From contig NC_043006.1 of assembly GCF_006345805.1 (NCBI RefSeq), positions 71,672,001 through 71,736,000 on the forward strand: a stretch of DNA of 64,000 nucleotides. The letters are read 5' to 3'. This document shows positions 52,201 through 63,627 of the stretch, piece after piece. The stretch's first letter is position 1, and each line of letters opens with the position of its first letter. Position numbers and translations under genes: made by a program. This DNA is from Octopus sinensis (taxonomy: Eukaryota). Under the pieces are notes generated by a model. It had not been told where the DNA came from. It saw only the letters and a list, made by a program, of their open reading frames with translations, and searched no databases.

Positions 52201-53142
52201 CCACATCAGATAGAATTGCTAAATGGCATTCCTTCTGACTTTTTGATTCTAAGTTCAAATCCCACTGTGACCAATTTTGCCTTTCGTTCTTTTAGGGTTG
52301 AACACTAGAGCCAATGTAACCAGCTCACTCCCACCATAAAAATGCTGGCCTTGTACCAAAATTTGAAATTATTATTAATATTATTATTAAAAAGGCGGTG
52401 AGCTGGTAGAGTCATTAGCATGACAAGCAAAATTCCTAGCAGTATTTCGCTTGTCACTGCATTCTGAGTTCAAATTCCGCTGAGGTCAGCTTTACCTTTC
52501 GCCCTTTCAGGGTCAATAAATTAAGTACCGGTTGAGTACTAGGGTTGATGTAATCGACTTACCCCCACACCAGACAAAATACTTAGTGTTATTTTGTCTG
52601 TCTTTAAATTCTAAGTTCAAATTTTGCTGAGGTCATCTTTGATTTTCATCCTTTCAGAGTTGGTAAAATAAATCCATTGACCCTCGTACTCTCTAATTTC
52701 TGGCCATGTGCCTATACAAGAAAGGATTATTGTTATTATTAAGGTAGTGAGCTGACAGAATCGTTAGCACACAAGGCAAAATGCCTAGCAGCATTTAATC
52801 CGTCTTTGTGTTCTTAGTTCAAATTCTGCTGAAGCTGACTTGGCTTTTCATTCTTTTCTGATTGATAAAATATGGAACACTGGTCAATGCAATTGACACC
52901 CACTCCCTTGAAATTTTTGGCCAAGATTTGTTATTATTAAGGCAATGAGTTGGCAGAATCGTTAGTATGCCAAGCAAAATGCTTAGCAGTATTTCGCTCA
53001 TTGCTGCGCTCTGAGGTCAACTTTGCTTTTCATCCTTTCGGGGTCGATAAAATAAGTACCTATGAAACACTGAGGTCAATGAAATTGACCAAAATTTCAG
53101 GCCTTGTGCCTTTAGTAGAAAGGATTATTATTATTATTATTA

Positions 53143-53176
<34 letters not shown>

Positions 53177-54041
53177 GTATAAAGGATTATGAGTAAGGCC
53201 AGAACAATGCGAAGTAAATGCAAGGCAGATCACATTGTTCTTGTGATTTGCCTTGCATTTACTTCGCATTGTTCTGGCCTTACCCACAATCCTTTATACA
53301 ATATATTCTACACAATGCTTCCTAGTAATTATATGTTATTATTATTATAGGTTGCCAGCCAGGTAGCTGCATTGGACATAGGCTACAAAGCCGGAGTGTC
53401 ATACATTCGAGAAAAGAAACCCAAGGTTTTGTTTATGCTTGGAGCTGATGAGGGAAGCATCACAAGGGCAGACCTCCCCAGTGATTGTGTTGTGATTTAC
53501 CAAGGTTAGTTAATGTCAACTGCATTGCGATTGGTTGTGTGTAGCTGTGACCTGTGAATGTGGTTGATGTACCAGTGATCTCATGGTTGTCAGAATTTTA
53601 TGGAAAGGGTCCATCACACACACATCAACACCACCACCACCATTATCATCTCCACTGTATCTATTCTGTCTGTTCATCATTTCTTCTACTCACCATGCTG
53701 AACCACCTGTAAGTGAGAGGAAAGCTTTCAACATGTGCCTACTAAATTCCTCCTCTCCCTCTATACCTAACTTATACCCTCCCATCACCCATCATCTCTT
53801 GTATATACTGTACCATGTCACCCAGTCTATAGATTTTGGATGCCTTTTGACTCCACCATTCATATCCTGTTTTCCCTCCTTCTGACCTTTATGATACTTG
53901 AATGGGGAAGGAGTGGTTGAATTCTTTCAATTTTTTCTCACTCTCTCTAACTTTTCTGTCACCTTTTCACTTTATGAGGCATGTTATTTTGTGAATGATT
54001 GAATCTCGGCCTGAAATAATCTCTCTCTCTCTCTCTCTTTC

Positions 54042-54087
<46 letters not shown>

Positions 54088-57000
54088 GCTGAGATTGTTC
54101 CTAGAAATATCTACATGCCATCAGTTGTTTATTTTTTATTGTTTTGGTTGTATTTTTCCCTTTTTCAGGTCATCATGGAGATGCTGGGGCTCAAATGGCT
54201 GATATAATTTTACCTGGTACTGCTTACACCGAAAAGGAAGCCACTTATGTAAACACAGAAGGAAGAGCACAACATACAAGACTCGCTGTTACTCCTCCAG
54301 GAATGGCCAGGACTGACTGGAAAATTATCAGAGCCCTCGCACAGGTTTGATTAAAGTCTTGATTTGATTACACTATAAATTTATGTGGGTTTTTTTTTTC
54401 TTGTTTTTTTTTTTTGTTTCTTACAAGATTTAAAATGAGCCTTTACATGGCCTCCTATACTGCTGGTAGGAAGGGAGGAAGTTATCTTCAAAATAAAGAC
54501 ATGGCTTGAATACATCATCATCATCATCATCATCATCATTTAACGTCCGCTTTCCATGCTAGCATGGGTTGGACGGTTCAACTGGGGTCTGGGGAGCCCG
54601 AAAGCTGCACCAGTCCAGTCAGATCTGGCAGTGTTTCTACAGCTGGATGCCCTTCCTAACGCCAACCACTCCGAGAGTGTAGTGGGTGATTTTATGTGCC
54701 ACCGACACAGGTGCCAGACGAGGCTGGCAAACGCCCACGCTCGGATGGTGTTTTTTATGTGCCACCGACACAGGTGCCAGACGAGGCTGGCAGACGGCCA
54801 CGCTCGGATGGTGTTTTTATGTGCCACCGACACAGGTGCCAGACGAGGCTGGCAGACGGCCACGCTCGGATGGTGTTTTTATGTGCCACCGACACAGTGC
54901 CAGATGAGGCTGGCAAACGGCCACGATCGGATGGTGCTTGTTACGTGCCCACAGCACGGAGGCCAGTCGATTCGGTACTGGCTACGGCCACGTTCGGATG
55001 GTTTTCTTATGTGCCACGTGCCACCGGCACTGGTACCACACAGATACAAATTCCATTGATGTTCATCTATTTTGATTTGTTTTGATTTTCACTTGTCTCA
55101 ACAGGTCTTCACAAGTGTCACAAGAAGGAAGGTATGCACAGGTGGACTGACTACGTCCCAGGTAGGGGCCATGGGTTATGGCCTGACTAGTCTTGCCGGG
55201 TCTTCGGATGGTGTTTTTATGTGCCACCGACACAGGTGCTAGATGAGGCTGGCGAACGGCCACGATCGGATGGTGTTTGTCATGTGCCCACCGCACTGAC
55301 TACGGCACTGATGGATTTCTTGTGTGCCACAGGCACTGGTACCACAAGATACAAATTCCATTGATGTTCATCTATTTTGTCTAGATTTGATTTGATTTTC
55401 ACTTGCCTCAACCGGTCTTCACAAGTGTCACAAGAAGGAAGGTATGCACAGGTGGACTGACTAGTCTTGCCGGGTCTTCGGAAGGTGTTTTTATGTGCCA
55501 CCGACACAGGTGCCAGATGAGGCTGGCGAACGGCCATGATCGGATGGTGTTTGTTACGTGCCCACAGCACGGAGGCCGGTCGATGCGGAACTGGCTACGG
55601 CCACGTTCGGATGGTTCTCTTGTGTGCCACCGGCACTGGTACCACAAAGTGTGTGCCACCGGCACTGGTACCACAAAGATACAGATTCCATTGATGTTCA
55701 TCTATTTTGATTTGTTTTGATTTGATTTTCACTTGCCTCAACAGGTCTTCACAAGTGTCACAAGAAGGAAGGTATGCACAGGTGGACTGACTACGTCCCA
55801 GGTAGGGGCCATGGGTTATGGCCTGACTAGTCTTGCCGGGTCTTCGGATGGTGTTTTTATGTGCCACCGACACAGGTGCTAGATGAGGCTGGCGAACGGC
55901 CACGATCGGATGGTGTTTGTCATGTGCCCACAGCACGGAGGCCAGTTGATGCGGTACTGGCTACGGCCACTTTACAACAATATGTACTCTGTTAAAAGAT
56001 ATCATAGAGTCAGGTGATGGCATTAACTGGAAGATCAATATATTACAGAATTTGTACAAATCAATATTTAGGGATAAGTTTGATTCATAGTATCGCTGCA
56101 TTTCTTTTTTAATTGTTCTCATATGAAGCACAGTTGTGAAACATACTGAAATAATACTAAAAAGTATTAGAACTCCTTAAAGTATACACCCACCCTTTTC
56201 CAAGTCTATTGTGGCTCGATTATCTTTCTATCTTGTACTTATTTCAGCCTTTGGACTGTGGCAATGTTGGGGCACCAGTCTGAAGGGTTTTTTAGTCAAA
56301 CGGATTGACCCTGGTACTTATTCTATCAGTCTCTTACACCAAACTGCTGAGTTACAGGGATGTAAACAAACTAACACCAGTTCACAGCATTTTAGCAATA
56401 TTTCTAACCTACCACATTTTACCATGTGACCCTGAATGACTAATGAAAATCAGCCAAGATGATGTGTTCCAAACACAGTTTCAGCGATTCACATATTTCT
56501 TTACTCCTCACACACGTACCATACATATATGAAACTCCATGTAGTAATGAATCCTTAATTGATTCCCAACAAACTTTATGCAAATGATGTTGAGAATATG
56601 AAATATACAGAAATAGTACTAAATAATGTTGCAACAATTCCCTGCCAGTGCCCTCTGAATGGCTTCCATGCTGGTAGCATGTAAAAAGCACCATGCGAAC
56701 ATGGTCGATGCCAGTGCCTTTGACTGGCTCCCATGCTGGTGGCACATAAAAAGCACCATGCGAATGTGGTTGATGCCAGTGCCCCCTGACTGGCTCCCAT
56801 GCCAGTAACATGTAAAAAGCACCCACTACACTCTTGGAGTGGTTGGCATTAGGAAGGGCATCCAACTGTAGAAACTTTGCCAGATCATATTGGAGCCTGG
56901 TGCAGCCTATCGGCTTGCCAGACCTCAGTCAAACCATCCAACCCATGACAGCATGGAAAGCGGACGTTATACGATGATGATGATGATATATATACATGTA

Positions 57001-60000
57001 AATTTTTTGAATATGTTGTTGTTTCATTATTTTTTTTGATGTGATCTGCTCTTCTCTCTTCTTCAGATTTGTGGAGTTGGCCTGCCTTACGACGAACTGA
57101 ATGATGTTCGAAAACGCCTTTATGAAGTGAGTCCCAGTCTTGTACAATATGGCGAGACTGAGGAGGCCAATTTCTTCAAACAGGCTCAACAATTAGCTTC
57201 TGTAAGTGCCAAATTCTGACTTTGCATTTTGTATGTGTATATACATGTATGTTTCTGTAATTCATGCTTCAATGGATTTGAAGGGTTATATTTGCACTCA
57301 AGGTTTTACTGTGTCCAAAGTATGAAGGTCAAGAAACTAAAATAGTGACAAGAAGCTTGATGTTGAAAATAGATGCAGGGTGTTGTATGTGAAATATCAG
57401 ATATTGTATGTGTTGATTTCTTTTAGACACAGATGTGATGTGGATGTGCAGTAGCAGTTTGCCTCCCAACCTCATGGGTTTGGGTTCAGTCTCACTAAGT
57501 GGAACCTTATGTGAGTGTTTTCTACTGTAGCCTTTGGCTAACAAAAACCTGTGAGTGGATATGGTAGATGGAAACTAAAAGAAGCCCATTGTGTGTGTGC
57601 GCATACATACACACAGTGAAGGTGCATGGCTCAGTGGTTAGAGTGTTGGACTCACAATCATGAGGTTGTGAGCTCAATTGCCAGACTGGGCTATGAGTTG
57701 TGTTCTTGAGCAAGACACTTTATTTCATGTTGCTCCAGTTCACTCAGCTGTAGAAATGAGTTGCGACATCACTGGTGCCAATCTGTATCACCCTTTGCCT
57801 TTTCCTTGGATAAAATTTGTGGTGTGGAGAGGGGAGGCTGGTATGCATGGGTAACTGCTGGTCTTCCATAAACAATCTTGCCTGGACTTGCGCCTTGGAG
57901 GGAAACTTTCTAGGTACAATCTCGTGATCATTCATAACCGAAGGGAGTCTTTACTCTTTTACACACACACACAAGTATATATATGTATGTTTGTATATAT
58001 ATGAAAAAGAATACGAAAACTGGGATAAGAACGCAAAACATCCAGATAGCTAGATGATACAAAAAAGGGACAACAGGAGTGGCTGTGTGGTAAGAAGCTT
58101 GCTTACTAATCACATGGTTCCGGGTTCAGTCCCGCTGTGTAGCACCTTGGACAAGTGTCTTCTACAGCCTTGGGCCAGCCAAAGCCTTGTGAGTGGATTT
58201 GGTAGATGGAAACTGAAAGAAGCCCATCGTATTGGCTGTGTGGTAAGTAGCTAGCTTACGAACCACATGGTTCTGGGTTCAGTCCCACTGCGTGGCACCT
58301 TGGGCAAGTGCTTTCTACTATAGCCTCAGGCCGACCAAAGCCTTGTGAGTGGATTTGGTAGATGGAGACTGAGGGAAGCACGTCGCATATATATATATAT
58401 ATATGTGTGTTTGTGTTTGTGTGTCTGTGTTTACGTCCCTGTAACTTAGCGGTTCGGTAAAAGAGACTGATAGAATAAGTACTAGGCTTACAAAGAATAA
58501 ATTATGGGGTCGATTTGCTTGACTAAAGACGGTGCTCCAGCATGGCCGCAGTCAAATAACTGAGACAAGTAAAAGAGTAAAGAGCAAAAGAGTATATATA
58601 TATATATAATACTAAGCAATAAGGGTTAGCAACGAATTGCCTTACCACATACCGAATTTAGAAATAGCAGTCAAAGGGTTATAGCTATTTCTTCGAAGAA
58701 ATAGCTATAACCCTTTGACTGCTATTTCTAAATTCGGTATGTGGTAAGGCAACTCGTTGCTAAACCCTTATTGCTTAGTATTACTTAAATTTTCCTCGAA
58801 TGAGGCTTTTACATGCCGAAGACTACTTGGTGTAATTGATAATTTTTCCAAATTAATTAATTTCACCCTTCATTATTATTATATATATATATATATATAT
58901 ATATGTGTATGTATGTAGTATATATGTATCTATTTATGTGTCTGTTTGTCCCTCCACCATTGGTTGACAACCGATGTTAGTGTGTTTATGTCCCTGTAAA
59001 TTAGCGGTTCGGCAATAGAAACAGGTAGGATAGGTACTAAGCTTACAAAGAATAAGTCCTGGAGTTGATTCGTTTGACTAAAGGTAGTGCTCCAGCATGG
59101 CTGCAGTCAAATGACTGAAAGAAGTAAAAGAATAAAAGAATGTGTGTGTGTGTGTGTGTAGTACTGTGTCCTTGTCTCATGATTGTTGTAAATAAATATC
59201 AGTCATGCAAACAGTGTCCTTTGTTTCCAGTATTCTGTGAAAGCATATCTGATCATGTATAAAGAAGTATTACCTTACTTTGAGACAGCTAAGTGTTGGT
59301 GGTAGGAAGGGCATCCAACCGTAGAACATCTGCCTCAGCAAACTCTGAGCTATGGAAGAAAAGTGGACAATAAATGATGGTGATGATGATAGTGTTACAT
59401 GCTGTATATTTCACTGTTATGTGTATGAGATCTAAGATGTTATATATCTTGATGATGGGTATGAGATATAGATTTTGACTAGGAAAATGTGGCTGCTTTT
59501 CCATATAATAATAATAATACAAGTATAATATTGTAATAATACATTAGTAATACAATGACACATATAATACAACAGTAGTACCGAATCAACATTAATGCTG
59601 ATAAAATTGGATATACAAGGTCATAGTAGGAACATCTTTGTCGTGACCTACACCCAGGAGGCCTTCAGTTTGGCAACATGTCAACTAATCATCATCGTTT
59701 AATGCTGGCATAGGCTGGATGGTTTGACTGAGGACTGGTAAGCCAGGAGGCTGCACCAGGCTCCAATCTGATCTGGCAAGGTTTCTACAGCTGGATGACC
59801 TTTCTAACACCAACCACTCCAAGAGTGTAGTGGGTGTTTTTTATGTGCCACCAGCACTGGAGCCAACACTTGCTAATGATACTGTACACCAACTACTTCT
59901 TGTTACGGATTGTACCTACCTATGGTTGATGTAGTGAGCCAGTAAGTGTTAAATGTCTTAGCTATAGATGCATCATGACATTGGGGATGGGGAGTAAAAT

Positions 60001-62963
60001 GTTAGCTTTTGGGCTGGGAAGTCATTTTGACACCTGTGACATTTTTCTTGGTTGGTAGGGTTGGGAGTGCTGGTCGATGAACAGTTTTTGCAATTAAACC
60101 AAGCCATAAACAATAAACAAGTAAATAAACAACCCTCGCATCACTCTGTCAAGTTGTTACATTATCTGAAGGAATGATTGATCACATGAACTAAATAATG
60201 AATGAAAACAAAAAGAAATATTTATGTAGAGATGTGTGCAGAATTGGCAGAGAAACAGATGGAATAATTTGTGGCAGTTTAGCATGTCCCTTTAGGTTCT
60301 GAGTTCACATTCCACCCAGGTTAACATTACCATTCATTCTTCAGAGATCCATAAAATGAGTACTTGTTACAGGTTTTGATATAATTAAGTTTACATTTTG
60401 AAGGCGGTGCCCCTGTATGGCCGCAATCCTATGATAAATTAGTAAACGGATAAAAGATTGAGATTATGTAGTCAGTATTTATTTGTAAGTTGTACAGCTA
60501 GCTTTTAGTATTATATTCTTGTTAGCGGCCAGACTATTGGATGTTGTTATACATGCTGGTCACAGTGCATTTTGCATTGTTTTAGCTTTCAAATGATGCC
60601 ACCCTGCTGGTTAGGTAATCAAGGGCCAACATTCCACCTGGTCAAAAGACTATTCTGTCACAGGGTGTACCCATTTATAGCTAAGTGGAATGGACCAACA
60701 TGAAATTAAGTGTTTTGCTCTAGAATTGAAACCACGATCTTGTGATTGCGAGAGCAACATGCCTAACCACTCTGCCACTACCCAATGGTTAGGCATATTG
60801 TATTAGTATTAGTAATATCTACATATGTGGTTTGTATTTCACTGTGTGTTGTACCATTACATTTATATATATGTGGTCAGTGTTTGGCTATTTTGTGCTT
60901 CTAGTTACTTTACCTAAATATTTTTCTGTTTTCTTGCTGGGTCTGGAAGAAGAGGTAATGTCTATTTCATTTGCTGAGCCTTTTTAAGCCAGTGCGATTG
61001 TTGCTATTAATATTCCTGTTGAACCTTTGTCAGTCAACACCCGCAAGGAAGAGGAGAACTGGGCGAAAATTCCAGAAGGCGACATTCTGTGTGGTGGGAG
61101 GACTAAGTATAATGATTAGCATAGGAACAGATGTGGACATGCAACAAATATGATAGGAGGAGGAGAGGAAAGTAGGACAGGAATATCTAAGCAGAGGTGG
61201 CATGAGTGTAGCCAGTTCCAAGGAGAAGAGGCTAATGTTGTACTGATGATGATGATGGTGGTCTCTTGTAGTCTGAGAAAGACAGTTCTGCAGTTTCTTG
61301 ATGAACTATCTGTGCAAATAATCTGTTTATGGTGATCAAATGTATGTGCTGTACATTTGCTCGTTCCCTCCATCAAAGAAATTTTGTTTTTATATATGTT
61401 TTTGATCACCTTGCTTGTATGCAAAGGATGTTTATGTTTTTGTTTTTATGATTATCAACCTGGCCAAATCAGCCAAGCTGCCAAAAAAGGGCTTAATCCA
61501 ATTTTTTATGCAATTTCTGAAACAAAATTTTTGTAATCTTTATTGTAATCGATGAAAAAAAATATTTGATGTAAATTGGATTGATAAATAAATATTAATA
61601 AATAAAAAAAATTGATGGGAAACCATTGAGCTAGTGGATTTCCAAGATATAGCCTCCAGATCATCACAGATCCTCCTCCATGTTTAACAGTTGGAAGAAG
61701 GCAGTCTGGGTCAAATACTTCTTTCGGCTGTCTTCCCGTGTATACTCGGCCGGTGGTCGGAAATAAAGTAAAGGATGACTCGTCTGAGAAAATAATATTC
61801 TTCCACTGCTCTAGGGACCACTCTAAACACTTTGCAACGTTTGTTTGTGGAAGTAGTGGTTTTCTGATTGCAGCCCTCCTGTGAAATCTAGCTTTATGCA
61901 GCTCCCAGCGGACAGTTTTTGTGGAAACTGGGTTCTCAAGGTGGTCATATGAGCACCAACAATTTGACCTCTTTGAAAGTCCAATAGATGTGTCATTTTA
62001 ATGAATTTTAATTACCTTTTTCTGATAATATCTGGAAAGAAACAGCAATTTTAGCAAAACATATTAAGCAACACTAATAATAAATCAAAAAACATAAAAA
62101 TGAACAAGCTTTTGATGGTTTTATAATTATTTCAAAATTATGATGTTATGATGCTAGGTGTTTCCATTATTTTGTCCAAGCCCTGTATATGCCAGAAATA
62201 CAATATGTAATCAGTATTTGAATATATTTTATTTATTAACCCATTGCCTGCCATTAGCCCTATTTTGGGATCTACTAAAAACAGTCTCACTGCTGGTTGT
62301 TTGTTGTATTTAAAGTGAATTGCTTATGTACATTGCATTTGCAGAGGTGTGTTTAACAATATTTAGTAGTTAAAGTTTGTCATTATTAGTTCTCCTTATT
62401 TCTAGACGACATTCTATGTCATAAATTGCAATTTTTTGATCTACAAAAATATTGACTGTTCTGAAAACTTTTTTTTTCGTTTGCATTTCCCATCTAAATC
62501 ATTCATTGGTATTTCATACACATTCACATTTGATACTATTGTTTCAAAAAAACTAAAATGTTTATTATTATAGAAAAGGATAAATATGCTCTTTTTCAGC
62601 AATCCCCATGTGGGATTTTTTGAAAAATTTATCATAATTTCCAAAATAATTCACATATGAAGAAAATTTAAATACTATATGTATTTTAACTCCTAAGACA
62701 CCTAGCAAAGCCAAAAAATATGAATAAAAAAAATTTGGCAGTTAATGGATTAAATATGATAACAGTACATAATGTTTTTTTGATTTTGTTTTTCATATTT
62801 CTTTATTTTTATTTTCCAGTTAACCCAGTCTGAATTATTGCCTGATCCTCTGAAACCTCAACTTACAAAGCTGAGTGAGTTCTACATGACAGATACCATC
62901 AGTCGAGCATCTCAAACTATGTCTAAATGTGTAAAAGCTGCCTCTACCCCAAGCCGTTATTGA
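27828..62963 (+). CDS. NDUFS1: NADH:ubiquinone oxidoreductase 75-kDa Fe-S subunit, mitochondrial precursor; 18 visible coding exons plus 1 missing; ~723 aa if the missing exon is 146 nt
   Basis: Exons carry the N1b ([15 protein letters not shown]...SCAMPV), N5 ([14 protein letters not shown]) and N4 (CIHCTRCIR...CPVGAL) cluster motifs and C-terminal [16 protein letters not shown]; all junctions GT-AG. Confidence 0.97.
28795..29220 (+). mobile_element. R4/Dong-like non-LTR retrotransposon 3' fragment (restriction-like endonuclease)
   Basis: [34 protein letters not shown]...KIEKYQD...IPAVIGALG (PD..D/ExK RLE signature). Confidence 0.8.
29376..29470 (+). CDS. NDUFS1: NDUFS1 exon (95 nt)
   Basis: [32 protein letters not shown]; tgcag / GTGAGC. 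Confidence 0.95.
30792..30899 (+). CDS. NDUFS1: NDUFS1 exon (108 nt)
   Basis: [36 protein letters not shown]. Confidence 0.97.
32258..32334 (+). CDS. NDUFS1: NDUFS1 exon (77 nt; fourth N1b Cys ligand)
   Basis: [26 protein letters not shown]; tgcag / GTAAGT. Confidence 0.96.
33673..33754 (+). CDS. NDUFS1: NDUFS1 exon (82 nt)
   Basis: [27 protein letters not shown]. Confidence 0.97.
34191..34687. mobile_element. Non-autonomous Helitron/HINE-like element
   Basis: ACTAG end with CCCGGCGTTGCTCGGG hairpin; opposite end GACAGACAC...TTTTATATATATAGAT; similar ends at ~16494 and ~20490. Confidence 0.6.
35655..36045 (+). mobile_element. tRNA-derived SINE, full length
   Basis: Homology to 18399-18804. 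Confidence 0.85.
36110..36174 (+). CDS. NDUFS1: NDUFS1 exon (65 nt)
   Basis: [22 protein letters not shown]; ttcag / GTCAGT. Confidence 0.94.
36303..36380 (+). CDS. NDUFS1: NDUFS1 exon (78 nt)
   Basis: [26 protein letters not shown]. Confidence 0.96.
37417..37602 (+). CDS. NDUFS1: NDUFS1 exon (186 nt)
   Basis: [62 protein letters not shown]. Confidence 0.97.
37730..38700. mobile_element. Cluster of Nin/Deu-domain SINEs
   Basis: Repeated TTCTGAGTTCAAAT...GCCTTTCATCCTTTCGGGGTTGATAAAATAAGTACC, both orientations. Confidence 0.75.
40292..40391 (+). CDS. NDUFS1: NDUFS1 exon (100 nt)
   Basis: [33 protein letters not shown]. Confidence 0.96.
42195..42344 (+). CDS. NDUFS1: NDUFS1 exon (150 nt)
   Basis: [50 protein letters not shown]. 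Confidence 0.96.
43408..43507. other. Assembly gap (100 N) after a long (TA)n tract
   Basis: N run; NDUFS1 phase discontinuity across it. Confidence 0.99.
43904..44032 (+). CDS. NDUFS1: NDUFS1 exon (129 nt)
   Basis: [42 protein letters not shown]. Confidence 0.96.
46527..46738. mobile_element. TTAA-flanked (piggyBac-like) MITE
   Basis: TTAA-CCCTTTT ... AAAAGGG-TTAA; related copy at ~44270-44500. Confidence 0.7.
47421..47672. mobile_element. Second TTAA-flanked MITE family
   Basis: TTAA-CCCTTT ... AAAGGG-TTAA with a different interior. Confidence 0.65.
47972..48038 (+). CDS. NDUFS1: NDUFS1 exon (67 nt)
   Basis: [22 protein letters not shown]; ttcag / GTGAGT. Confidence 0.93.
49952..50014 (+). 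CDS. NDUFS1: NDUFS1 exon (63 nt)
   Basis: [21 protein letters not shown]; tttag / GTAACT. Confidence 0.93.
50459..51090 (+). repeat. RTE-tail element containing a 26-bp minisatellite (~10 units, 50521-50790)
   Basis: Unit CATATAGAACACCTGTGCTGGCACCA followed by the GGAAAGGCATCC core. Confidence 0.85.
51663..51824 (+). CDS. NDUFS1: NDUFS1 exon (162 nt)
   Basis: [54 protein letters not shown]. Confidence 0.95.
51945..53125 (+). mobile_element. Head-to-tail array of ~6 Nin/Deu-domain SINEs
   Basis: Successive AAGG(T/C)GGTGAGCTGGCAGAA heads separated by (ATT)n. Confidence 0.8.
53173..53303. repeat. 131-bp fold-back (MITE-like) with ~60-bp arms
   Basis: TATTGTATAAAGGATT...GCAAGGCAGATCAC / GTGATTTGCCTTGC...AATCCTTTATACAATA. 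Confidence 0.92.
53351..53504 (+). CDS. NDUFS1: NDUFS1 exon (154 nt)
   Basis: [52 protein letters not shown]. Confidence 0.95.
54169..54344 (+). CDS. NDUFS1: NDUFS1 exon (176 nt)
   Basis: [58 protein letters not shown]. Confidence 0.97.
54515..55980 (-). repeat. RTE-tail element expanded into 4x 62-bp units and 3x ~310-330-bp higher-order units
   Basis: ATGTGCCACCGACACAGG starts at 54694, 54757, 54819, 54881; long units start near 55027, 55333, 55662. Confidence 0.88.
57067..57201 (+). CDS. NDUFS1: NDUFS1 exon (135 nt)
   Basis: [45 protein letters not shown]. Confidence 0.95.
57619..57960 (+). mobile_element. tRNA-headed SINE of a further family
   Basis: TGGCTCAGTGG A-box, TTGTGTTCTTGAGCAAGACACTT core; relatives at ~33895, ~40840, ~41770. 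Confidence 0.7.
58075..58592 (+). mobile_element. Two tandem tRNA-derived SINE copies (head + full)
   Basis: Two GGCTGTGTGGTAAG heads at ~58080 and ~58233, one tail. Confidence 0.8.
58607..58783. repeat. 177-bp loopless palindrome
   Basis: Centre TTC|GAA at 58694/58695; one mismatch and one 1-nt indel. Confidence 0.95.
61500..62187 (-). mobile_element. Tc1-family transposon remnant
   Basis: [26 protein letters not shown]...[12 protein letters not shown]; TIR TA-CAGGGCTTGGACAAAATAATGGAAA at the 62187 end. Confidence 0.85.
62820..62963 (+). CDS. NDUFS1: NDUFS1 last coding exon (144 nt incl. TGA)
   Basis: [47 protein letters not shown]; tandem TGATGA. Confidence 0.95.
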   Translation, partial: LTQSELLPDPLKPQLTKLSEFYMTDTISRASQTMSKCVKAASTPSRY

Positions 62964-63498
62964 TGAAGACTTTCACATTAGTTTCTTCCACATTCTCTAT
63001 TTAGTTTACTTTATTCAAAAGGACTTTTTTTTTTGTAAAACAAGCCCCTCTGTTGTTTAAATGACTTCTGACCAGTTAAGACCTAAAAACCATATTTGTA
63101 AAATATTCTCAGTCAAGATTAAACTCAAGGCCTAACAGTATTGACAAAGTCTGCCAGTTGGGGGCCCTCTACCAGCAAGCCATTATAAATAACTGCTCTT
63201 ACTCTTGGTATACCATGGCTCTCAGCTGCAGTTCCTCCTGTGTCACTTAGAATTACCACAGCTTTGTTGATGTTTTTGTCAGCCTTTGTTTAGAAAGCAG
63301 GAGCTGTCTGGTTGATAACCTGTCAACTTAGACTCAATACTGTTATGCTGTTTCAGTTAGCACATATTAGATAGAAAGCTTTATACCATATGTCATTTCT
63401 ATGAACCCCTGGATATGAATGTATGTATATATGTGTGTGTGTATATGCATATATATATTATTGGATATACTTACCACAAAAAATATATAAGTATTTCC

Positions 63499-63531
<33 letters not shown>

Positions 63532-63621
63532 ATATATATACATGCACGCAGACACACAAGTGGTCAGAAAGAAAACTAGTTCTTTTTACTCAGTAAATAC
63601 TAAAATGTATTTTCTTTATTT

Positions 63622-63627
63622 AATAAA
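63622..63627 (+). terminator. Candidate NDUFS1 polyadenylation signal AATAAA
   Basis: Canonical hexamer ~660 nt after the stop, followed by T-rich sequence; not verifiable without transcripts. Confidence 0.35.

Noticed and set aside
54694-54940. Regular ~62-bp repeats resembling a CRISPR array
   Set aside because: No unique spacers, eukaryotic intron, no cas genes; units derive from the RTE tail
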